From Bacteroidaceae bacterium (GTDB lineage: Bacteria; Bacteroidota; Bacteroidia; Bacteroidales; Bacteroidaceae): DNA of 64,000 nucleotides. The position numbers were made by a program, and so were the translations under genes. Location: the NCBI GenBank assembly GCA_017965425.1, contig JAGCPY010000039.1:11389-75388 (forward strand), read 5' to 3'. Shown one piece after another: positions 19,195 through 27,625 of the stretch. Within the stretch, counting starts at the first letter, position 1. Each line of letters starts with the position of its first letter. The notes under the pieces were generated by a model that did no database searches, was not told the origin of the DNA, and was given only the letters and a program-made list of their open reading frames with translations.

Positions 19195-22100
19195 TTACTT
19201 AACAACAGCCTTCTTACCGTTCACAATGTAGATGCCCTTCACAGCCTTGCCGACACGTTGACCAGCGAGGTTGAAGATGACAGCATCCTTCATGCCTTCG
19301 GCCTCAAGAGCCTTGATAGCGGTCTCAAGGTCACCGAGCAGGTAAGCCTTCACGCCTGCAGCGGGAGCAACGAGGCAAGCGTGGTTAGCCGTCACAGTGG
19401 GGGTTACGTCTTCTACGAGGAAGAAGCCGACCTTGCCATTCTGGTTCTGGAGGACGTAGCTGCCTACAGGAGCTGGGATATCACTATAAGTTCCAACGAG
19501 TACACCAGCCTTGAGTTCGGCGGGAGCAATGGTGGGATAACCACTGACCTGGAAATCCTTAGCAGCCTCTGCGCTCAGGATGACAGGAGTGTGAGCGGCA
19601 ACCTTGCCTTCAACGGGAGTAAGGACAATTTCCTCACCATTGAGAGTAGCTGTAGCAGCGGTTACACCTGCGGGCATTGCAGCTTCGAAGGGAGCCACGA
19701 AGGTAGCATACTTGGCATCGGTGATGGTCACGTCAATCTGCTCTTCCACAGGACCGAGGTAGGTGAGGCGGAAGTTGTCAACAACGACCCATTCACCACC
19801 TTGATTATTTTCAAATTTCTCCATACCAATGGTAAGGGTTCCATCTGCACCAACAATAACATCATTGACGACGTTCTTGTAAAGACCAAACTCAAAGAAC
19901 TGAGCGGCTGTCTCATTACGATCGTCGGGGAAACGGCCAATGGCACTTGATCTGCCATATCCAGGTGCTTTGTCTCTTTCAGATACAATGGGGACAATGA
20001 AAGTCGAGGCAGTTACGCCCTTGCCGTTGGTTGCAAACAGGATTGCACCATCATCCTTAGTATTGTTTATTTCTTCAACAGCCTGTTCAAAACCGCCATG
20101 ACGATAGTAAGCTTGAGCAGCAAGACGGTACTTACCTGGAGCAAGACCCTTCAGCTCCTGGAAGAGCTTAGAGTTTCCGGCATTCCAAGTCTCAAAGTTG
20201 AAGTCGGGTTCCCAACCACCAATGTTAGTATTGCCACCCTTACCTTCAGGATATGTAATCTGCCACGGTGTCTGCGGGAATGCCAACTGAGCTTCAACGA
20301 GCCAATGGTCGAAGCCTGCGGCATGGATATAATAAGTTGCGTCAACGGGGTTCGATTCGCTTGCCGTAGCAAGTAATGCATCGCGTTCAGCCTTGCTCAC
20401 AAACTTCCATTGGTTAATGGCAAGGTCTGCTCCTTCGTTGTCTGTATCAACCTGCCACCAGTTGCCACGACGCTCGCCAGAATAGCCAAGCAAAGTTGCA
20501 CCCGTGTTGGTTGTGGTGTTAGAGATATTGTAAACACCAGGAGCTACTTCAAAGAGATACCAAGTATCACCATCACCTGGACAATCAACGTAACCGTTAT
20601 GATTGAGTGCATCGGAATTAGTGCGGATATTGGTGTGAATACGCCAGCCTTCTCCATTCTTTGTTAATGTGGCAATCTGGGCAGCAAAATTCACAGCAGC
20701 GTGAGTTCCATAATTTACACCACCTGTGAGATAGCGCTGTGCACCAATGTTATAAATATAATACTGACCGCCATCTTCAGGAGCGGAGCCTGTGAATACA
20801 TCCGGCTGTTTGTCAACGGCATTGATCCTACGAGCGGTGCGGAGAGCTTCAAGTGCCGGGTCAATCTCAGCAGCAGAAGTGGCGTTAGCAATCACGTCAT
20901 TGGCAGCGGTCACGTCAACACCTTCGGCTTCAGCCAAGACGGCTGTGGCCTTCAATACTGAGACATTCACGGCCTGTGCTGCGCTGAGAGCTGAGTTAAC
21001 AGCAAGGGTTGCGGCTGAAAGTTCTTCCTCATCTGTGGAGTTCAACTTACCTTTAGCATCCGTGATAGCTGCATTCAAAGCTGTAGCCAGTGTAGTGGAC
21101 GTATTGGAAGCATCCCATGCCTCAGCTTCATCAATCGCCTTCTGCAAAGCTTCGACCATCGCAGTCACGTCAATGTTGCTACCCATATAGGTAAGGCGGA
21201 AGTCATCGAAGGCCAGCCAGTCTCGGGCATTAGCTTCCAGTTTCTCGATACCGATGGTCATGCTCTTGGTCGTCACCACAGAAGTCACACCAGCATTCAA
21301 ATATGCATTGGGGTAATCTTGGAAGATGCGGTTGAAACCATCAGCATTGTCTGGATAGTGACCATAAGGAGCATTGGCATCAGCTGCGGGATAGAAGAAC
21401 AAACCATCGACCCAGGTCTGAGAGGCACCATCCAAGATGGACATGAAATTAGCCTTGTCGGCATTGATGAAATACTTACCAAGGATTTTTTCTGTGCCTG
21501 CTGCACGACGGTTTATGACTTCATCTCTGTCTCCATCGCGATAGTAACCCTTCACGGTCAGTTTGTACGTTCCGTTGGGGATGTTCTCAATGAGCTGGGA
21601 AATCTTGAAGCTGTTCGTGTTCCATACAGCGTATGAACGACGGTTCCAGAACCAACGTACATCGTCAAGATTGCCGCCATCACGACTCCATTGCCATGCA
21701 TTTCTGCGCTCATTTTCGTTGGCGAAGCTGGGATCCATGATTAAGAACGTAGCATCCAAAGGATTTTGTTCAGAAGCATTGGCCTCCAAATACTCGATAC
21801 GCTCAGCGCGAGTCACCAGCTGCCAAGTGCTCTTCGCATCCGTACCCATAGCCAAGTTGTCATTGTCGTCCAGGCCAAGGATTTGATCGCCAGACTTGAT
21901 GGTGTAGGCGTTTGTCACACCATTAACAGTCTTAGGTTCGATAGTCCACGTGGTTACACCATCACTTGTGTCCAGATAGAAGTTACTGGCATTCATGCTT
22001 TGGTTGTGACCAAACTTCGGATCAAGCTTCCAGCCGCCATCAAGGGCAGAAATACCGAACTCGAAGCCATAGGTACCTGTAGCACCACGGGTATTCCAGT

Positions 22101-22260
22101 CGCCTGTGTTTTTTTCGTTGTTCTGCAGCCAGAGACCTGTCTCCACGTTGTAGAGGAAAAAGTCACCTGCAGCCACCTCACTACCCGTGTAGGGTGAGGT
22201 TTGTGCCCACATGGACGATGCGCCCAGCAGGCTCAAAGCTAAAAGAAAAGCTTTTTTCAT
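19195..22260 (-). CDS. Giant T9SS cargo protein A: two (QxW lectin-like + DNFRLTY beta-sandwich) cassettes, a pre-CTD domain and a CTD
   Basis: Signal peptide MKKAFLLALSLLGASSMWAQ. Cassettes span aa 30-360 and 488-836, ending DDFRLTYMG and DNFRLTYLG. A helical Ala-rich linker separates them. The YATFVAPF domain follows. The CTD is ...IFNLAGQRVGKAVKGIYIVNGKKAVVK. Confidence 0.9.
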   Translation of the reverse strand: MKKAFLLALSLLGASSMWAQTSPYTGSEVAAGDFFLYNVETGLWLQNNEKNTGDWNTRGATGTYGFEFGISALDGGWKLDPKFGHNQSMNASNFYLDTSDGVTTWTIEPKTVNGVTNAYTIKSGDQILGLDDNDNLAMGTDAKSTWQLVTRAERIEYLEANASEQNPLDATFLIMDPSFANENERRNAWQWSRDGGNLDDVRWFWNRRSYAVWNTNSFKISQLIENIPNGTYKLTVKGYYRDGDRDEVINRRAAGTEKILGKYFINADKANFMSILDGASQTWVDGLFFYPAADANAPYGHYPDNADGFNRIFQDYPNAYLNAGVTSVVTTKSMTIGIEKLEANARDWLAFDDFRLTYMGSNIDVTAMVEALQKAIDEAEAWDASNTSTTLATALNAAITDAKGKLNSTDEEELSAATLAVNSALSAAQAVNVSVLKATAVLAEAEGVDVTAANDVIANATSAAEIDPALEALRTARRINAVDKQPDVFTGSAPEDGGQYYIYNIGAQRYLTGGVNYGTHAAVNFAAQIATLTKNGEGWRIHTNIRTNSDALNHNGYVDCPGDGDTWYLFEVAPGVYNISNTTTNTGATLLGYSGERRGNWWQVDTDNEGADLAINQWKFVSKAERDALLATASESNPVDATYYIHAAGFDHWLVEAQLAFPQTPWQITYPEGKGGNTNIGGWEPDFNFETWNAGNSKLFQELKGLAPGKYRLAAQAYYRHGGFEQAVEEINNTKDDGAILFATNGKGVTASTFIVPIVSERDKAPGYGRSSAIGRFPDDRNETAAQFFEFGLYKNVVNDVIVGADGTLTIGMEKFENNQGGEWVVVDNFRLTYLGPVEEQIDVTITDAKYATFVAPFEAAMPAGVTAATATLNGEEIVLTPVEGKVAAHTPVILSAEAAKDFQVSGYPTIAPAELKAGVLVGTYSDIPAPVGSYVLQNQNGKVGFFLVEDVTPTVTANHACLVAPAAGVKAYLLGDLETAIKALEAEGMKDAVIFNLAGQRVGKAVKGIYIVNGKKAVVK

Positions 22261-22319
22261 AAGTAAATAATTTAGTGAATAAAAAGGGTTAATAACTTCG
22301 TCACGTTATATAAGCGGCG

Positions 22320-22327
22320 CAAAGATA
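22320..22327 (-). promoter_or_regulatory. -7 box (TATCTTTG on the minus strand) upstream of protein A
   Basis: The plus strand reads CAAAGATA, about 60 nt upstream of the ATG at 22260. Confidence 0.4.
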
Positions 22328-22604
22328 CGGGAAAAGCTCTTTACGCGCGTAATACTTATTATTCAAAGAAGGACAAAAACAGGTCAAATGAAAAGAATGT
22401 GTTCATTTTATCCCATTCCATCGTACAATTTAACGTCTTTGACAAGGAATTGAACGTCCATCCGGGCATTTCTGCAGGAGCCTTGCTTTGAAGAGGAAGA
22501 GGTCTGGCAAGACAGGGGATCTCATCATTTATTGGCAAGAAAGAGGCAGAAGCGGACGTGCTTCTGCCTATTTCCATTATTGGAAGGATGTTGCTTCGTG
22601 AGGA

Positions 22605-22769
22605 TTATTCCTCAGCCTCACCCCAGATGTCATTCCAAGGATTGTCGTTGATGAGTGCAGCCTCACCATTCACAGTTTTTGAGCCGTCGAACAACAGGCT
22701 TTCGGCCAGCATACTGGCCACCTGCACCTTTGCAACCTGCAAGGCAGGAGTCAAATATATCTTTTTCAT
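22605..22769 (-). CDS. Mini-ORF P2 (54 aa), paralog of P1/P3
   Basis: Not in the ORF track (under 60 aa). Hand translation: MKKIYLTPALQVAKVQVASMLAESLLFDGSKTVNGEAALINDNPWNDIWGEAEE, with a TAA stop. Its ATG is 1 nt after the stop of protein B. Confidence 0.65.
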   Translation of the reverse strand: MKKIYLTPALQVAKVQVASMLAESLLFDGSKTVNGEAALINDNPWNDIWGEAEE

Positions 22770-22770
22770 C

Positions 22771-25700
22771 TTATTTGAGTACTTTTTTACCGTTAATAAT
22801 ATTGACGCCCTTCTGCGCCTTGCTCATGCGCTGACCAGCCATGTTATAGATGGCAGCGTTGGCATCGACGTTGGCATTCACGTTCTCGATTGCGGTTTCC
22901 ACATCACCCTCGAAGAAGAAGGCCTTGATTCCTGCAGTGCTTTCGAGATAGCCTTTGCCCTTGGCAATAGTGGTGTTAGGATTGACGCGGAAGAATCCGA
23001 CTTTGTTTTCAGGCTTGGCCAGTACGTACTGAGTGCCATCTGCAACTATATCGGCAGCGGCAGCCTTCAGGTCATTGTTGGTTCCGAGAGCGGCATCTGT
23101 GGTCTTGCTGACATCGAATGTGCCAGCAGCATCGGCCTTCACGACGACAGCTGCACCAGCGGGTACGGTGGTAACAGGTTCGAGGTTGACGTATCCATTC
23201 TGCTTCTGAACAGCAAAGGCGCTGACAGCGTCGTTGGTGCTGAAGTCAACATCGAAGGGAGCAACGAAGGTAGCATAGCCGGCATCACCGATGGTGACAG
23301 GAGCTGCCATCTTAGCTTCGAGGCTGAAGTCGCAGTAGGCACCGCCCCAGTTCTGCTCGATGTACATTGCAAGTACATTGTCACCTGCAACGAGCAGCGA
23401 TGGATCAATCTTAACAGTTCTCCAGTCGTCCTCTCCGCCAGTCCAGTCGAATTCATTCCATACCTTTGTGCCATTGAGGAATACTGCACAGTCGTCATCG
23501 TGAGTAACCTTCAGCGTCAGTGTAGTGAACTCGGCGGGGTTTTCTACGTAGAAGTGACGACGGAACCAGAAGGTGTTGTAGTCGTCGACCCAGCGGGTAT
23601 GATAGGGACCGAATGAGCCAAGAGGCATCATCAACTCGCCCCAAGCGGAGTCGTCGAAGTCTGCTTCTGTCCAGCCTGTTTCGACATCAACGTATTCTTC
23701 ATCGCTTACGCCATTTGCATAGCGGAACTTAGCGTAATAAGGTGTGTTCTCTTCTCCACGGTTGGGCAGGAGCACAACCTCAGAAACCTTAGCGTTACAA
23801 GTTTTGCAGACACCATGTTCATACTGGTGGCCTGTAGGATAGACGGACTTGATATACAATGACTTGCATTCGGTGCATTCATAAATTGCCTTACCCTCTG
23901 CTGTGCAGGTCGGCTCTTCAATAGTAACATTCTCACCGTCATAATTGTGTGCCTGGGCGTTAATCCAGAACTCACCGAGCTGGAAGGCATCGGCAATCTG
24001 AGTGGCTGTGAACTTGAAGAACTTGTAAGTCTCAGTACCGTTCACGGGGAATTCAAACTCTTCCCTGTTCTTCGCCTGAAGCTTATAGCTCTTTACTTGT
24101 TCGTCGATGACGGTCCACGTCTGGTTGTCGTTAGAACCTTCAATCTTCCAACTGACAGGATTGCGACCGGGATAGCCGTAGGTGTCGTTACCCGTGACGA
24201 GGCTGTACTGCGTCACAGCCACGGGCTTGCTGGCAATGATGATGGCCCAAGCGTCGTCAACGCCAGAGCAGCCGAACTTGGTAGAGGCATCATTGTCGAG
24301 AAGTGCGGAGAGCGGAGAGTCGCCCCAACCGTTGCCGCCAGTGACGATGGCATAGCCCACGCCATCAGCATCATGACGCTTATAATCGGGCTCGGAAACG
24401 GTCAGCTCATAGCTTGCTGTCCAGCCTTGGTCGGCAGTAGTAGTAACGGTAATCATGACCTTACCTGCCTTCACACCTGTCACGGTACCATCAGCAGCCA
24501 CGGTGGCAATGGTCTCGTCAGCAGATGTCCACTCGAAGGAAGCACCGTCAAGGTTCTGCACTTCGGGCAGATACTGAGCCGTAGAACCTACGATGACAAG
24601 GCGGGTGTCTTTATTATAGGTAACGTAAGCCTTATCATCAAGTTTCTTGTAGCCATAGCCGTCAAGCGTACCCTTAGCTGGTTCAACAAATGTTGCTGTA
24701 GCTGCATCGTAGAAACCGAAGACACCGTCGTGACGAATGACAGGCTGGAAGTCATAGACGGTCTCGCCTTCTTCCTTGATGGTCAGATAGTAGATGCGTC
24801 CGCGGAAAGGCTGATCCCATTCGGGATTGGCGAAGAAAGAGATATTCCGGGAAGATGCGTTGAAGGTGGTTTGCCCTGTGGGATAGTCAGTACCGTTCAC
24901 GTTCAGGTTACCCAGTGTTGCAGCCACGGTGATGTCCTGGTTGTGACCGGGATAGTCGGCATGGTTATCGTTGCGGTAGCCGCCGACGAAGTAACCGAAC
25001 TGAGTCTGGTTGCCATTCTGATAGAGAGAGATACCGTTGCCGGCATCACTGCCGTTACGGCCAGAGAAGATGGCACGCCAGTCGCCACCGCTGTAGCTTT
25101 GGAACTTGACATCAACTTCTGTGGAAGCCTTGGCAACATAAGGTGTGGTGAACACATTCTCTCTGGCAGCGCCAGTGCTCTCAATGTACTCCAAAGCCGT
25201 ATATTTGTTCGGGTCTGTCCAATGGAGTTGGTACTTGACAGGATAGTCCACGAATTCGATGTTGAGGTTATCAAAGTGGAAGAAGAAATCTTTGTTATCA
25301 TCACCCACACCGAACTGAATAGCCAAAACAGCTTCTGTACCATCGGCAGTAAAAGTAAATGAATAAGGCTTATTATCTAACACAGCTTGTGGCAAACCTA
25401 CATAGCCAAGCACTTCTCCGCCAGCACCAGAAGGCACGAACCCACGGTTAAAGTCCCAGTTATTATCGACAAAGAAAGGTATGAGGGTATAATTGCTCCA
25501 TGAATTCCATCCTTGAGAGCTGAAGTTGAAGGAAACCCGATAGGTCTCACCCTTGGTCAGACCTGTGACTTTGCATTGATAAGGTTCCCAATCATCCTTA
25601 CCATTATAAGGATTAAAGAAGTTATTATTGCCGCTGTTTTCAATGTGTCCGTAGGTCTCTTCATATCCCCAACGGCAAGTCCAGTTGTTCATGTTCTGGT

Positions 25701-26691
25701 AGTCGGTATCGGTGATGGGTTTGTAGACAGATCCTTTGTCTTCCCATGCTGTTCCGTTCCACTTGTATTCGTGGTTGTCCTTGGTGTTGATGACGAGCTT
25801 TCCTTTATAAACGGTGATGCCGGCGTCGGCGGCAATCTCCTGTCCGTCTGGGCTGAGCTCGAACTTCTCGTTGTTAGCCGATTTGAAGATGGAGCCAGTT
25901 ACCTTATCCTTCAAGGCTCCGATGCCTTCAGCATCAACAACGGGCACGAGGTCCATGACGAGCGTCTCTCCCTCAAAGATTTTGAAGGAATAGAGCTTCA
26001 TGAGCGTAAACGAGTTGTCGGGATGGTTTTCATGGCAGAGGTCAAAGATATACATCGGTGTGATGCCGCCCTTGGATTCGCCCTCGCCAGTGATGGTGGC
26101 ACAAGGGTCTGTCTGGCCGTCCTTATAGACATTCAGCGTCAGTCCGGAGGCATCTACCTTAATCTTTTCGCCTGTGGGGATAACAGCTGTTCCGCGAACT
26201 TCACCATTGCGTGCGAAGCATCCGCTGTTTTGTCCATCGAACCGCCAGAAGAAGACAAACATGTTAGCTCCGTATCCTGAGCGTGCGCCAAAGGGAGCCT
26301 GATAGTTTTTGTCAGCAGCTTGGATATCACACTCCATGACGATGCGCGTGTTGGCCTTGTGCACATAGCCCGTGTTGATGTAAGGCATTGTGGTCATGGA
26401 AGCATTCGTGGCAATGTACTGAATCTCCGTCACACCGCCGCCAGCAACCTTCAGGGTGCTGACTTCGGGATAGAGTCCACACTCCTCATAAAGGTTTTGG
26501 TTGTTACGTGCATAGTACTTTCTTGCCTTCATGTCGAAGACATAGGGGTCTGAGCCCTGATAGCCCGAAAGGCTTTCAATGGGCGTTGCGTCAATGGGGT
26601 CGTCATAGACGACTTCATTGAGTCCTCCTTGTGCCTGAGAGGATAGTGTTCCTCCAATCAGGCAAAGCGCTAAGAGAAGAAATTTTTTCAT
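22771..26691 (-). CDS. Giant T9SS cargo protein B: mosaic of lectin and Ig-like domains
   Basis: Signal peptide MKKFLLLALCLIGGTLSSQAQ. Two copies of a ~190 aa domain (aa ~88-280 and ~498-680, the second starting LEYIESTG). A Big_2-like domain (VTGVKAGKVMITVT). An F5/8 type C-like domain (aa ~775-912). A 5-Cys cluster (aa 929-966). A jelly-roll domain (aa ~1003-1127). A GYATFVAPF pre-CTD domain. The CTD is ...IYNMAGQRMSKAQKGVNIINGKKVLK. Confidence 0.9.
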   Translation of the reverse strand: MKKFLLLALCLIGGTLSSQAQGGLNEVVYDDPIDATPIESLSGYQGSDPYVFDMKARKYYARNNQNLYEECGLYPEVSTLKVAGGGVTEIQYIATNASMTTMPYINTGYVHKANTRIVMECDIQAADKNYQAPFGARSGYGANMFVFFWRFDGQNSGCFARNGEVRGTAVIPTGEKIKVDASGLTLNVYKDGQTDPCATITGEGESKGGITPMYIFDLCHENHPDNSFTLMKLYSFKIFEGETLVMDLVPVVDAEGIGALKDKVTGSIFKSANNEKFELSPDGQEIAADAGITVYKGKLVINTKDNHEYKWNGTAWEDKGSVYKPITDTDYQNMNNWTCRWGYEETYGHIENSGNNNFFNPYNGKDDWEPYQCKVTGLTKGETYRVSFNFSSQGWNSWSNYTLIPFFVDNNWDFNRGFVPSGAGGEVLGYVGLPQAVLDNKPYSFTFTADGTEAVLAIQFGVGDDNKDFFFHFDNLNIEFVDYPVKYQLHWTDPNKYTALEYIESTGAARENVFTTPYVAKASTEVDVKFQSYSGGDWRAIFSGRNGSDAGNGISLYQNGNQTQFGYFVGGYRNDNHADYPGHNQDITVAATLGNLNVNGTDYPTGQTTFNASSRNISFFANPEWDQPFRGRIYYLTIKEEGETVYDFQPVIRHDGVFGFYDAATATFVEPAKGTLDGYGYKKLDDKAYVTYNKDTRLVIVGSTAQYLPEVQNLDGASFEWTSADETIATVAADGTVTGVKAGKVMITVTTTADQGWTASYELTVSEPDYKRHDADGVGYAIVTGGNGWGDSPLSALLDNDASTKFGCSGVDDAWAIIIASKPVAVTQYSLVTGNDTYGYPGRNPVSWKIEGSNDNQTWTVIDEQVKSYKLQAKNREEFEFPVNGTETYKFFKFTATQIADAFQLGEFWINAQAHNYDGENVTIEEPTCTAEGKAIYECTECKSLYIKSVYPTGHQYEHGVCKTCNAKVSEVVLLPNRGEENTPYYAKFRYANGVSDEEYVDVETGWTEADFDDSAWGELMMPLGSFGPYHTRWVDDYNTFWFRRHFYVENPAEFTTLTLKVTHDDDCAVFLNGTKVWNEFDWTGGEDDWRTVKIDPSLLVAGDNVLAMYIEQNWGGAYCDFSLEAKMAAPVTIGDAGYATFVAPFDVDFSTNDAVSAFAVQKQNGYVNLEPVTTVPAGAAVVVKADAAGTFDVSKTTDAALGTNNDLKAAAADIVADGTQYVLAKPENKVGFFRVNPNTTIAKGKGYLESTAGIKAFFFEGDVETAIENVNANVDANAAIYNMAGQRMSKAQKGVNIINGKKVLK

Positions 26692-26735
26692 AGGTTGGTT
26701 GTTAAGTTAATAAAAAAGGTTATAGAAAATCTGCA

Positions 26736-26743
26736 CAAAATTA
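26736..26743 (-). promoter_or_regulatory. -7 box (TAATTTTG on the minus strand) upstream of protein B
   Basis: The plus strand reads CAAAATTA, about 45 nt upstream of the ATG at 26691. Confidence 0.4.
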
Positions 26744-26903
26744 AAGGTGATGTTAGTTATGAATGCGTCATCCTTTGTTCAAAAAAGGAAAAAAACGTGT
26801 CAAAGCGTTCAAAAAGAACGATATTTACTGTTGGAAAGAGCAAAAAGGCAACCTCGAAAGGTCAAGAAATGACGGGTGACTGCTAAAAGACAACCCGCTG
26901 AAG

Positions 26904-26990
26904 GTCCATATCTTCTTTCATAAGGTGTACACCTTCCGGCAGGAACATACACACCTTCTCCCTGCAATCCATACACGCTATCATGTCTTT
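26904..26990. repeat. Degenerate array of four ~22-bp repeats (family R1)
   Basis: Units start at 26904, 26925, 26947 and 26969. The second unit contains the palindrome AAGGTGTACACCTT. Confidence 0.7.
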
Positions 26991-26999
26991 TTCCGTGGA

Positions 27000-27223
27000 C
27001 ATCCCTCACTCCCTCACCTATTAGCTCATCTGTTTGAAAACAAGCCGTTTGCAGGTGAGGGTTCGGTGAGGGAATGGTGAGGGATGGTGAGGGATATTGC
27101 ACATAAACACGCAATCCCTCACCATCCCTCACCATTCCCTCACCATTCCCTCACCATTCCCTCACCTGGAAACAGCTCATTTCCAAGAGGATGAGGAACA
27201 AGGTGAGGGATTGAGGGATTTTT
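27000..27223. repeat. Double CCCTCACC hairpin element (family R2)
   Basis: Two CCCTCACCT-N33-AGGTGAGGG hairpins with loops at 27020-27052 and 27168-27200. Between them is a central palindrome of GGTGAGGGA(a/t) tandem copies around 27096-27113. The element ends GGGATTTTT. Confidence 0.85.
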
Positions 27224-27262
27224 GGGTGAAAATTCCATGTACGGATGAATGAATCCAAAGGT

Positions 27263-27454
27263 TTAGCGACTCCAATCGTCATCCCAGATGTTGTAGCTGT
27301 TGCCTTTCACGGCATCGTCACCGTCGCCTCCATACATCGTGGAGGGATTGAGTTCGATGGCATTATTATCTCCAACTTCATTGGAAGTGTTCACGGGCAA
27401 TTCCAACACCATATAAGTTTCCTGCAAGGCAGGTATGATATATGTCTTTTTCAT
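27263..27454 (-). CDS. Mini-ORF P1 (63 aa), paralog of P2/P3
   Basis: MKKTYIIPALQETYMVLELPVNTSNEVGDNNAIELNPSTMYGGDGDDAVKGNSYNIWDDDWSR. The tracked ORF extends 19 aa further upstream, into a repeat arm. Confidence 0.6.
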   Translation of the reverse strand: MKKTYIIPALQETYMVLELPVNTSNEVGDNNAIELNPSTMYGGDGDDAVKGNSYNIWDDDWSR

Positions 27455-27463
27455 ATCTTTTAA

Positions 27464-27610
27464 AGACCCACCCCACCCCCTCCCTGTATGGGAGGGGAGC
27501 GACTGGCGCATGATAGGAGTTATCGGGTCATGGTTTAGTTGTTTGTATTATGATTGATATTTGTCTTCCACCCCTCGAGCCCTCCCTGACGGGAGGGTTG
27601 GGGTGGGTCT
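27464..27610. repeat. GC-rich inverted-repeat cassette (family R3), MITE-like
   Basis: Left arm AGACCCACCCCACCCCCTCCCtgtatGGGAGGGG. Right arm CCCTCCCtgacGGGAGGGTTGGGGTGGGTCT. The interior is AT-rich. It fills the gap between the protein C stop and the P1 start. Confidence 0.8.
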
Positions 27611-27625
27611 GCTGAGAGAGGGTCT

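Noticed and set aside
22261-22604. Possible additional small gene or regulatory RNA between P2 and protein A
   Set aside because: Only a 72 aa minus-strand ORF (22359-22577) with no recognisable features. The region more plausibly holds the protein A promoter (box at 22320-22327) and its leader.
27000-27223. CRISPR-like appearance of the CCCTCACC repeats with 33-nt spacers
   Set aside because: The repeats flanking each 33-nt segment are inverted rather than direct. Only one or two units occur per locus. The arms are themselves short tandem repeats, and no cas genes are present. These are hairpin (REP-like) elements, not CRISPR arrays.
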